Source: Peduovirus P24B2. From it: a stretch of DNA of 32,118 bases. A program made the position numbers and the translations under genes. The notes under the pieces were generated by a model. That model ran no database searches. It was not told the DNA's origin and was given only the letters and a program-made list of their open reading frames with translations. The stretch lies in sequence record NC_049387.1. The stretch is one strand, 5' to 3'. Below, piece by piece: positions 18,477 through 26,656 of this stretch. Numbering within the stretch: position 1 is the stretch's first letter; each line of letters begins with the position of its first letter.

Positions 18477-20916
18477 CAATGTAAAATTACAGGTATTGCT
18501 CAGGGCTGTTGACCAGGCATCCCGCCCGTTTAAATCCATCCGTACAGCGAGCAAATCGCTGTCGGGGGATATCCGGGAAACACAAAAATCACTGCGCGAG
18601 CTGAACGGTCACGCATCCCGTATTGAGGGATTCCGCAAGACCAGTGCACAGCTCGCCGTGACTGGTCATGCACTTGAAAAGGCACGGCAGGAAGCCGAAG
18701 CCCTTGCCACACAGTTTAAAAACACCGAACGTCCGACCCGTGCTCAGGCGAAAGTGCTGGAATCCGCAAAGCGTGCGGCGGAGGACTTACAGGCGAAATA
18801 TAACCGCCTGACGGATTCCGTTAAACGCCAGCAACGGGAACTGGCCGTTGTGGGAATTAATACCCGCAATCTTGCACATGATGAGCAGGGACTGAAAAAC
18901 CGTATCAGTGAAACCACCGCACAACTTAACCGTCAGCGTGACGCGCTGGCGCGTGTCAGTGCGCAACAGGCAAAACTTAACGCAGTAAAACAGCGTTATC
19001 AGGCCGGAAAGGAACTGGCCGGAAATATGGCCTCGGTAGGCGCTGCCGGTGTGGGGATTGCGGCGGCGGGAACGATGGCCGGAGTTAAGCTGCTGATGCC
19101 CGGTTATGAGTTTGCGCAGAAAAACTCAGAATTGCAGGCCGTGCTAGGAGTGGCAAAAGACTCCGCCGAAATGACCGCACTCCGCAAGCAGGCGCGCCAG
19201 CTCGGCGACAATACCGCAGCCTCGGCAGATGATGCAGCCGGTGCACAGATTATCATTGCGAAAGCGGGTGGAGATGCTGCGGCTATTCAGGCGGCAACGC
19301 CGGTCACGCTGAATATGGCACTGGCGAATCAGCGGTCGATGGAAGAAAACGCGCAACTGTTGCTGGGGACTAAGGCATCCTTTCAACTGTCAAATGATGA
19401 TGTCAGCCATGTGGGCGACGTGTTGTCGGCAACGATGAATAAGTCGGCGGTTGATTTTCAGGGACTCAGTGATGCACTGACTTACCTCGGGCCGGTTGCG
19501 AGGACGGCAGGTGTAAGTCTTGAGCAGGCAGCAGCCATGACAGGTGTGCTGCATGACAATAACATCAGGGGGTCAATGGCGGGGACGGGTAGCAGTGCCG
19601 TTGTCACCCGATTACAGGCACCGACTGGAAAAGCATGGGATGCACTCAAAGAGCTTGGCGTTAAAACCTCGGACAAAAAGGGAAATATGCGTCCGTTGTT
19701 CACCATTCTGAAAGAGATTCAGGCCAGCTTTGATAAACACAAGCTGGGAACGTCTCAGAAGGGGGAATACCTTAAAACCATTTTTGGTGAGGAAGCCCTG
19801 AAATCAGCGAACGTTTTACTGGCAGCGGCAGCAAGCGGAAAACTGGATAAGCTGACCGCCACGCTGAAAGCCTCGGACGGTAAAACGGAAGAGCTGGTTA
19901 AAATCATGCAGGATAACCTCGGCGGTGACTTTAAGGAGTTTCAGTCCGCTTATGAGGCGGTGGGGACTGACCTGTTTGACCAGCAGGAAGGCGCACTGCG
20001 TAAGCTCACTCAGACGGCCACAAAGTATGTGTTAAAACTCGACGGCTGGATCCAGAAAAACAAATCACTGGCGTCAACCATCGGCCTCATTGTCGGTAGC
20101 GCGCTGGCGCTTACTGGCATCATCGGTGCCATTGGTCTTGTAGCCTGGCCGGTTATCACCGGCATCAATGCCATCATCGCGGCAGCAGGCGCAATGGGGG
20201 CAATCTTCACGACGGTTGGCAGTGCTGTTATGACGGCCATCGGGGCGATTAGCTGGCCGGTTGTGGCCGTGGTGGCCGCCATTGTCGCCGGGGCGTTGCT
20301 TATCCGTAAATACTGGGAGCCTGTCAGCGCATTCTTTGGCGGTGTGGTGGAAGGGCTGAAAGCGGCATTTGCGCCGGTGGGGGAACTGTTCACGCCACTT
20401 AAGCCGGTGTTTGACTGGCTGGGCGAAAAGTTACAGGCCGCGTGGCAGTGGTTTAAAAACCTGATTGCCCCGGTCAAAGCCACACAGGACACCCTGAACC
20501 GTTGCCGTGACACGGGCGTCATGTTCGGGCAGGCACTGGCTGACGCGCTGATGCTGCCGCTTAATGCGTTCAACAAACTGCGCAGCGGCATTGACTGGGT
20601 ACTGGAAAAGCTCGGGGTCATCAACAAAGAGTCAGACACACTTGACCAGACCGCCGCCAGAACTCATGCCGCCACGTATGGCACCGGTGGTTATATTCCG
20701 GCGACCAGCTCTTATGCAGGCTATCAGGCTTATCAGCCGGTCACGGCACCGGCTGGCCGCTCTTATGTAGACCAGAGTAAAAACGAATATCACATCAGCC
20801 TGACGGGTGGTACTGCGCCGGGGACACAGCTTGACCGCCAGTTACAGGATGCGCTCGAAAAATACGAGCGGGATAAACGTGCGCGCGCCCGTGCCAGCAT
20901 GATGCATGACGGTTAA
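18469..20916 (+). CDS. T: tail tape measure protein
   Basis: 815-aa ORF; coiled-coil N-terminal half and Gly/Ala-rich hydrophobic central segment typical of tape-measure proteins; P2 gpT position. Confidence 0.9.
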   Translation: MSNNVKLQVLLRAVDQASRPFKSIRTASKSLSGDIRETQKSLRELNGHASRIEGFRKTSAQLAVTGHALEKARQEAEALATQFKNTERPTRAQAKVLESAKRAAEDLQAKYNRLTDSVKRQQRELAVVGINTRNLAHDEQGLKNRISETTAQLNRQRDALARVSAQQAKLNAVKQRYQAGKELAGNMASVGAAGVGIAAAGTMAGVKLLMPGYEFAQKNSELQAVLGVAKDSAEMTALRKQARQLGDNTAASADDAAGAQIIIAKAGGDAAAIQAATPVTLNMALANQRSMEENAQLLLGTKASFQLSNDDVSHVGDVLSATMNKSAVDFQGLSDALTYLGPVARTAGVSLEQAAAMTGVLHDNNIRGSMAGTGSSAVVTRLQAPTGKAWDALKELGVKTSDKKGNMRPLFTILKEIQASFDKHKLGTSQKGEYLKTIFGEEALKSANVLLAAAASGKLDKLTATLKASDGKTEELVKIMQDNLGGDFKEFQSAYEAVGTDLFDQQEGALRKLTQTATKYVLKLDGWIQKNKSLASTIGLIVGSALALTGIIGAIGLVAWPVITGINAIIAAAGAMGAIFTTVGSAVMTAIGAISWPVVAVVAAIVAGALLIRKYWEPVSAFFGGVVEGLKAAFAPVGELFTPLKPVFDWLGEKLQAAWQWFKNLIAPVKATQDTLNRCRDTGVMFGQALADALMLPLNAFNKLRSGIDWVLEKLGVINKESDTLDQTAARTHAATYGTGGYIPATSSYAGYQAYQPVTAPAGRSYVDQSKNEYHISLTGGTAPGTQLDRQLQDALEKYERDKRARARASMMHDG

Positions 20917-20930
20917 GGAGGTGACGAAAA

Positions 20931-21410
20931 ATGATGCTCGCGTTAGGTATGTTTGTTTTTATGCGCCAGACGCTGCCACACCAGACCATGCAGCGTGAAT
21001 CAGATTATCGCTGGCCGTCAAATTCCCGTATCGGTAAACGGGATGCCTTTCAGTTTCTCGGTGTGGGTGAGGATAACATCACGCTTGCCGGTGTGCTTTA
21101 TCCCGAACTGACCGGCGGAAAGCTGACGATGACCACGCTCAGGCTGATGGCAGAGGAAGGTCGGGCGTGGCCGTTGCTGGATGGCACCGGCATGATTTAC
21201 GGCATGTATGTCATCAGCAGGGTGAGTGAAACAGGGAGTATTTTCTTTGCAGACGGCACACCCCGAAAAATTGATTTTACGCTGTCGCTCACCCGCGTTG
21301 ATGAATCACTGGCCGCGCTTTATGGCGATATCGGTAAACAGGCGGAATCGCTCATCGGTAAGGCTGGCAGTATGGCGACCAGATTCACAGGTATGACGGG
21401 GGCGGGATAA
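20931..21410 (+). CDS. U: tail protein U
   Basis: 159-aa ORF after T; P2 gpU equivalent. Confidence 0.88.
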   Translation: MMLALGMFVFMRQTLPHQTMQRESDYRWPSNSRIGKRDAFQFLGVGEDNITLAGVLYPELTGGKLTMTTLRLMAEEGRAWPLLDGTGMIYGMYVISRVSETGSIFFADGTPRKIDFTLSLTRVDESLAALYGDIGKQAESLIGKAGSMATRFTGMTGAG

Positions 21411-22573
21411 TGCTGGATGCACTGACATTTGATGCAGGCAGTACGCTGACGCCGGATTACATGCTGATGCTCGACAGCAGGGATATTACCGGCAATATCA
21501 GCGACCGTCTGATGAGCATGACCCTGACGGATAACCGGGGCTTTGAGGCTGACCAGCTTGATATTGAACTGGACGATGCCGACGGGCAGGTCGGGCTGCC
21601 GGTTCGTGGCGCTGTCCTGACGGTGTATATCGGCTGGAAAGGTTTTGCCCTGGTATGCAAAGGGAAATTTACCGTTGATGAGGTTGAACACCGGGGCGCA
21701 CCGGATGTGGTCACCATCCGCGCCCGGAGTGCAGATTTTCGCGGGACGCTCAATTCCCGCCGGGAAGGCTCATGGCATGACACCACGCTCGGTGCGATTG
21801 TTGAGGCGATAGCCTCCCGTAACAGGCTGGAAGCCAGTGTCGCGCCGTCACTGGCCAGAATTAAAATTCCGCACATCGACCAGTCGCAGGAGTCTGATGC
21901 AAAATTCCTGACCCGCCTTGCAGAACGCAACGGCGGTGAGGTGTCGGTAAAAATGGGAAAACTGTTGTTTCTCAAAGCGGGGCAGGGGGTGACGGCCAGC
22001 GGTAAAAAAATCCCGCATATTACCATCACCCGCAGTGACGGCGACCGCCATCATTTTGCGATTGCTGACCGTGGAGCCTATACCGGCGTAACAGCAAAGT
22101 GGTTACACACCAAAGACCCGAAACCGCAAAAGCGGAAGGTAAAACTGAAACGCAAAAAGAAAGAAAAACACCTGCGCGCACTGGAGCACCCGAAAGCGAA
22201 ACCGGTCAGGCAGAAGAAAGCGCCTAAAGTACCGGAAGCGCGCGAAGGTGAATACATGGCCGGTGAGGCTGATAACGTTTTTGCCCTGACTACGGTATAT
22301 GCCACGAAAGCGCAGGCCATGCGCGCCGCTCAGGCGAAGTGGGATAAACTGCAACGGGGCGTAGCGGAGTTCTCCATCAGCCTGGCTACCGGTCGGGCAG
22401 ATATTTACACGGAAACACCGGTTAAAGTGTCAGGCTTTAAGCGCGTCATAGACGAGCAGGACTGGACAATCACTAAGGTGACACATTTTCTGAATAATAG
22501 CGGCTTCACGACGTCCTTGGAGCTTGAGGTCAGGCTTTCTGATGTGGAGTACGAAACAGAAGATAATGAGTGA
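21410..22573 (+). CDS. D: tail protein D (late gene D)
   Basis: 387-aa ORF with internal Lys-rich segment (KRKVKLKRKKKEKH); P2 gpD size and position before ogr. Confidence 0.9.
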   Translation: MLDALTFDAGSTLTPDYMLMLDSRDITGNISDRLMSMTLTDNRGFEADQLDIELDDADGQVGLPVRGAVLTVYIGWKGFALVCKGKFTVDEVEHRGAPDVVTIRARSADFRGTLNSRREGSWHDTTLGAIVEAIASRNRLEASVAPSLARIKIPHIDQSQESDAKFLTRLAERNGGEVSVKMGKLLFLKAGQGVTASGKKIPHITITRSDGDRHHFAIADRGAYTGVTAKWLHTKDPKPQKRKVKLKRKKKEKHLRALEHPKAKPVRQKKAPKVPEAREGEYMAGEADNVFALTTVYATKAQAMRAAQAKWDKLQRGVAEFSISLATGRADIYTETPVKVSGFKRVIDEQDWTITKVTHFLNNSGFTTSLELEVRLSDVEYETEDNE

Positions 22574-22657
22574 TGTTTTTATTTTATCTGTTTGTTTTAT
22601 AAGGATAAATTAACTAAAATGGCACCATCAACAAAACCGGAAGAGGTGCTCGCGATG

Positions 22658-22873
22658 TTTCATTGTCCTTTATGCCAGCATGCCGCACATGCGCGTACAA
22701 GCCGCTATATCACTGACACGACAAAAGAGCGTTATCACCAGTGTCAGAACGTGAATTGCAGTGCCACGTTCATCACTTATGAGTCGGTACAGCGATACAT
22801 CGTGAAGCCGGGAGAAGTCCACGCCGTAAGGCCGCACCCGTTGCCGTCAGGGCAGCAAATTATGTGGATGTGA
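22658..22873 (+). CDS. ogr: late-gene transcriptional activator Ogr (C4 zinc finger)
   Basis: 72-aa product MFHCPLCQHAAHARTSRYITDTTKERYHQCQNVNCSATF... with CxxC...CxxxxC arrangement; start chosen inside ORF 22592..22873 to match the 72-aa Ogr length. Confidence 0.85.
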   Translation, partial: FHCPLCQHAAHARTSRYITDTTKERYHQCQNVNCSATFITYESVQRYIVKPGEVHAVRPHPLPSGQQIMWM

Positions 22874-22883
22874 TCACAAAAAT

Positions 22884-22909
22884 AGCCCCTCAGTTGAGGG
22901 GCTTTATTT
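22884..22909 (+). terminator. rho-independent terminator after ogr
   Basis: Stem agcccctc(22884-22891)/gaggggct(22896-22903), loop agtt, followed by a T-rich tract TTATTTA. Confidence 0.6.
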
Positions 22910-22910
22910 A

Positions 22911-23147
22911 TGGTCGATGTGGACGCTATGTGGACAGTGGTTGATATAAATCCATTTATATCATCAGGTTAGGTGCTTTTTTGTGACACCATCCCTGTCT
23001 TCCCCCACATGATGTGGGGGTTTTTTTTATCAATTACTTACATGCAATCAAAAGTAAAAACAGTCACTTATCGAAAGCTGTAAGGGTTTGGAGTGGTTTC
23101 AAAATTTCTTGAGTGTGGACACTATGTGGACACTCAGAGGGGGAAAT
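22911..23147. other. attP: attP region (arm-type repeats, IHF-consensus site, core candidate)
   Basis: Tandem ATGTGGAC repeats at 22917-22924 and 22928-22935, and TGTGGACA repeats at 23115-23122 and 23125-23132, flank the region; TATCAATTACTTA (23029-23041) matches the IHF consensus WATCAANNNNTTR; hairpin plus T8 at 23002-23028; abuts the int 3' end. Confidence 0.5.
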
Positions 23148-24128
23148 TTATAACGTCACTCCGCCTTTTAGTGGATTCAGAGCGACGGCATTTTGCAGGT
23201 AGTCAGGCGCAAGGTGCGCATAGGCCATCGTCTGCTGAATGCTCGCATGTCCCAGAATCTGTTGCAGTGCGATTATATTGCCCCCGTTCATCATGAAATG
23301 GCTTGCGAATGTATGCCGCAGGATGTGGGTTGCCTGATTGGGTGGTATATCAGGTTTCACTCTGCGTAAAATCCCGCAAAATTTCTCATAATCAACTTTG
23401 AATAATTTGGCGCTTGCCTCCTCTTTAACTTTTTTCTCCAGTTCCTCAGAAATCGGCACGGTTCGCTTTTTACCGTTTTTGGTTTTCAGGAAGGTAACCC
23501 TGCAATTTGTAATCTGTGCTGGTTTTAGCGTGGCAACTTCCGTCCATCTTCCTCCAGTGCTCAGACATAAAAGCGCGACAAGTAAGTCATCACCAGCCAA
23601 AACATTTAACAGTTTTTCGATTTCTGCTTTTTCCAGGAACGTCATTTCAGGGTTGGCCTCCGCCAGTGGCGGCAGTCCGTGAATTGGGTGTTGCCCGGAA
23701 AATTCATCCAATTGAATTAATTTTGTGAACATGCCGGATAATCGGTACATGTCACGGTTTATCGTTGCGGCACTGATACCATCACGTAGTCGTATGGAAC
23801 GATAATCCATCAAAGCCCTTTTGCTCATCCGGCTCACTGGTATATCACCTATGCCGCTGATGGTTTTGAGTAGATGATTAAACTCTTTTGTTCCATGCTC
23901 GTGGTTTTGCCCGTGATATTTCCACCAGATGTCCAGCAACTCACTCAAAGTTCGGCGGTCTGCTCGCTGGCCTCCCCATTCTTTCTGACTGGCATTGGCG
24001 ATTGTGTATCGCTCAAATGCTAGTGCTTCAGCTTTTCTTTCGAATTTCCTGCGGATGCGTTTTCCGTCGCGACCGCGAGGTCTAATGTCCACTTCATAGC
24101 GACCATCATCGAGCTTCTTAATTGCCAT
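23148..24128 (-). CDS. int: tyrosine integrase
   Basis: ORF 23148..24158; start placed at MAIKKLDDGRYEVDIRP; C-terminal region HxLRHTFAS...Y (catalytic-Tyr region) typical of tyrosine recombinases; P2 Int position downstream of C. Confidence 0.9.
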   Translation of the reverse strand: MAIKKLDDGRYEVDIRPRGRDGKRIRRKFERKAEALAFERYTIANASQKEWGGQRADRRTLSELLDIWWKYHGQNHEHGTKEFNHLLKTISGIGDIPVSRMSKRALMDYRSIRLRDGISAATINRDMYRLSGMFTKLIQLDEFSGQHPIHGLPPLAEANPEMTFLEKAEIEKLLNVLAGDDLLVALLCLSTGGRWTEVATLKPAQITNCRVTFLKTKNGKKRTVPISEELEKKVKEEASAKLFKVDYEKFCGILRRVKPDIPPNQATHILRHTFASHFMMNGGNIIALQQILGHASIQQTMAYAHLAPDYLQNAVALNPLKGGVTL

Positions 24129-24197
24129 AAGAAAGCCCTCCGGCGCTGTATTCACCATCTTGGTAGCAAATGGTGAAAATGTAATCTTTATATAGAG

Positions 24198-24491
24198 TTA
24201 GCCAATCCTTTTCGCGGAGTGGTTGGACTCTGTTGACTCTGGCCCAATGTGCGCGAGAGCCGGTGCGATTTGTCCTGCGTCCGGCGCGGTTTTATCTGTC
24301 ATAAGCCATAGAGCATATTTTTGGAATGTGGGATGCATAGTGATTTTTAGCAAAGCTGTGCCACCGGGTTCAAAGTTTCCTCCTTCATATTTTTTAAGTG
24401 TGCTTAGCGGTAACTCTATGATTTCACAGAATTTTGATTGGCTTAGCCCTTCAGCCTCACGCAAGGCCTTAATCTTTTCGCTTAATTTCAT
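24198..24491 (-). CDS. C: immunity repressor C
   Basis: 97-aa ORF with helix-turn-helix-like N-terminus and the segment GQIAPALAH that I recall from P2 C (99 aa); divergent from cox. Confidence 0.8.
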   Translation of the reverse strand: MKLSEKIKALREAEGLSQSKFCEIIELPLSTLKKYEGGNFEPGGTALLKITMHPTFQKYALWLMTDKTAPDAGQIAPALAHIGPESTESNHSAKRIG

Positions 24492-24627
24492 TTGACATGG
24501 TGCCTATATAGGGACTAAATTCCCTCAAAACTGGAACCTATATAGGTTCCATTGATTTGAGAATAAACCAGCGTCTAAACGGTTTTGAGTGGTTTAGAAA
24601 GGGCTGGATCCTATGAGGGTACCATAT
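24492..24627. promoter_or_regulatory. C/cox lysogeny-lysis switch region (candidate Pe/Pc promoters and operators)
   Basis: Consensus -35 TTGACA at 24492-24497 with a possible -10 CTAAAT at 24515-24520 (rightward, Pe-like); two copies of the palindrome CCTATATAGG at 24503-24512 and 24537-24546 (second inside an 18-bp perfect palindrome GGAACCTATATAGGTTCC, 24533-24550); motif GGTTTTGAGTGGTTT at 24581-24595. Confidence 0.5.
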
Positions 24628-24900
24628 ATGGACGCTGAAAATTATGTGATTCAGTATCCGCTTGATGCGGTTCATGTGGATAAATTTGCTGATTTATTAG
24701 GGAAGCCAAAGACAGCCGTCAGTGAAATGGTGAAGGCAAATAAATTACCAATTATTGAATTGCGTGATCCTTGCAAACCGAAGGCTCGTGCCGGTGAAAA
24801 ATGGGTTTTCATTCCTGAGTTTAATCGCGCTGTACGTGAGGCGTTTTATAACCGACCGGTTGAACAGCGTGATGCATGGCTTTTGTGGATGGGGTTGTGA
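24628..24900 (+). CDS. cox: Cox excisionase/repressor
   Basis: ORF 24613..24900; start placed at the second Met (MDAENYV, 90 aa) because of the better SD (GAGGG) and P2 Cox being about 91 aa; first gene of the rightward early operon. Confidence 0.75.
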   Translation: MDAENYVIQYPLDAVHVDKFADLLGKPKTAVSEMVKANKLPIIELRDPCKPKARAGEKWVFIPEFNRAVREAFYNRPVEQRDAWLLWMGL

Positions 24901-24902
24901 TT

Positions 24903-25073
24903 ATGAATGAGCCGCGTTGTATTGCTCAGTTACTGCGTAACGAAAGCCCCAGGGCGATTGACTTCACCATCACCCACGGGAAGGGGCGCAAGGGAATCAT
25001 TATCCGCACCAAAAAGCAGAGTCCGTTAAAGAAGGCTCTGACCTTTCTGAAAAGCCGGAGGGTATGGAAATGA
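24903..25073 (+). CDS. hypothetical protein (P2 early-region small ORF)
   Basis: 56-aa ORF between cox and B in the position of a small P2 early ORF; start chosen at MNEPRCIAQLL. Confidence 0.45.
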   Translation: MNEPRCIAQLLRNESPRAIDFTITHGKGRKGIIIRTKKQSPLKKALTFLKSRRVWK

Positions 25074-25570
25074 CAGTGATGACGCTTAATCTCGTTGAAA
25101 AACAGCCAGCAGCTATGCGCCGGATAATTGGTAAGCATCTTGCCGTCCCTCGCTGGCAGGATACATGTGATTATTATAATCAGATGATGGAGCGCGAACG
25201 GTTAACGGTTTGCTTTCATGCGCAGTTAAAACAGCGTCACGCAACGATGCGTTTTGAAGAAATGAACGACGTCGAACGTGAACGGCTGGTTTGTGCAATT
25301 GATGAACTGCGTGGGGCATTCTCAAAACGCCGTCAGGTTGGCGCAAGTGAGTATGCATATATTAGTTTTTTAACAGTCAGTCAGCGTCGTACTTTATTTA
25401 TGCATGCAGGATTGACTGAAAAAGAATTCAACCAGCCATACTGGCGAATTAATGAAGAATCATGTTACTGGCGTGATGCTTTATTCCGTGCATTACGTGA
25501 ATTATTCAGCCTGTTTGAGTACGCACCGACAATTCTGACGTCGGTAAAACCAGAGCAATATCTGCATTAA
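25064..25570 (+). CDS. B: replication protein B
   Basis: 168-aa ORF in the P2 gpB position (about 166 aa); exact start among the N-terminal Met codons uncertain. Confidence 0.8.
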   Translation: MEMTVMTLNLVEKQPAAMRRIIGKHLAVPRWQDTCDYYNQMMERERLTVCFHAQLKQRHATMRFEEMNDVERERLVCAIDELRGAFSKRRQVGASEYAYISFLTVSQRRTLFMHAGLTEKEFNQPYWRINEESCYWRDALFRALRELFSLFEYAPTILTSVKPEQYLH

Positions 25571-25633
25571 ATAATTAACCAGAGTTTTTAACGCACTTAA
25601 TCGTGCGGGGCTTCTTTTTGCCTGGAGAAAGTC

Positions 25634-25858
25634 ATGCATACAGTTTCTGAAAATCAGTGCGGTAAATACGCATTACTGCTGCAACAGGCCAGAACCGAAG
25701 CACAGGCCGACGCTGCGACGCGCTTTTCTTCTCATCTTGACGCCATGATTCGCCACATCACAAAGGCGGAGTTATCCCGCGTGGAGATAGTCGAGCTGCT
25801 CAGTCAGGAGTCGGAAAAATTTCACAACATCGGATTGTCTCGCGGGGAGGTGCTTTGA
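25634..25858 (+). CDS. hypothetical protein (P2 orf80-like)
   Basis: 74-aa ORF in the conserved run of small early ORFs between B and A. Confidence 0.6.
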   Translation: MHTVSENQCGKYALLLQQARTEAQADAATRFSSHLDAMIRHITKAELSRVEIVELLSQESEKFHNIGLSRGEVL

Positions 25859-26160
25859 TGTCCTGTTCTCATTCAGTTGTATTACTGAACAATGCCTTAA
25901 AAATCGCCGTTATGAAAAATGGCGATTTGTCTCTTATTCAACTTGGTCTTGATAAAGAAAAACGCGAAATAACTGAATCTGTTATCGCGATTTATCAGAG
26001 TGAATTAAACCTCCTGTCTGATGTGGTCAATTTACTTGTTAAACGCGCTGTATTTCACAAGCAAATTTCCTCCGTGGATGAACTGACGAAATTAACGACA
26101 GAAATCGCCAGCTATTGCGCTGATGAATTTAAAAAACTGAACGACAAAAGGAACTGGTAA
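25855..26160 (+). CDS. hypothetical protein (P2 orf81-like)
   Basis: 101-aa ORF, start overlapping the preceding stop (operon-like coupling). Confidence 0.6.
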   Translation: MMSCSHSVVLLNNALKIAVMKNGDLSLIQLGLDKEKREITESVIAIYQSELNLLSDVVNLLVKRAVFHKQISSVDELTKLTTEIASYCADEFKKLNDKRNW

Positions 26161-26384
26161 TGCCGGACAACGTAGATTTTATTCAGGAACAACAGGCTGA
26201 ATTACTGGAGCGCCAGATTAACGCGGCAAGGGTAAAACATTGTGGTGCTTCTGCGCTGGTTTGCGAAGAGTGTGACGCGCCAATACCTGCTGCCCGTCGT
26301 GCGGCTTATCCGTCAGCCACGCGTTGTGTTTCCTGTCAGTCAGTCTTTGAAGCAAAAAACAAACATTACCGGAGAACGGCATGA
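26160..26384 (+). CDS. TraR/DksA-family C4 zinc-finger protein (P2 orf82-like)
   Basis: 74 aa with CxxC (CEEC) and CxxC (CVSC) pairs about 20 aa apart, typical of TraR/DksA C4 zinc fingers. Confidence 0.7.
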   Translation: MPDNVDFIQEQQAELLERQINAARVKHCGASALVCEECDAPIPAARRAAYPSATRCVSCQSVFEAKNKHYRRTA

Positions 26385-26656
26385 GTATTCGTATTGAAAT
26401 TGGCGAACGTTATGTCGTTACCAGTGACAGCTTTCAGTTTATTCTCCACGAGAAAAAGAGAGCTGAAAGCGGTAAAAATGCCGGTCAGGAATGGCTGGCG
26501 GTAGTTGGTTATTACCCGAAATTAAGCCAGCTCGTTTCCGGCCTGATGCATCACGATATTCTGACCGGAAGCGCAAAATCTTTTGCTGATTTAAACGCGC
26601 AGGTTGAGCAACTCAGCAAGCGTTGTTCAGAGGCTTTTGGCTCACATGGCCGTTAA
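26381..26656 (+). CDS. hypothetical protein (P2 orf83-like)
   Basis: 91-aa ORF, translationally coupled to neighbours, immediately upstream of A. Confidence 0.6.
   Translation: MSIRIEIGERYVVTSDSFQFILHEKKRAESGKNAGQEWLAVVGYYPKLSQLVSGLMHHDILTGSAKSFADLNAQVEQLSKRCSEAFGSHGR

Noticed and set aside
20010-20639. 209-aa minus-strand ORF inside the tape measure gene T
   Set aside because: Antisense shadow ORF within T; low-complexity Ala/Thr/Pro/Ser-rich translation.
21457-22029. 190-aa minus-strand ORF inside tail gene D
   Set aside because: Antisense to D, no RBS, Ser/Arg-rich composition; judged spurious.
22592-22657. Upstream extension of ogr to the ORF-track start at 22592 (93 aa)
   Set aside because: Ogr is a 72-aa zinc-finger protein; the internal Met at 22658 (MFHCPLCQ) gives exactly that length, and the extension is AT-rich promoter-like sequence.
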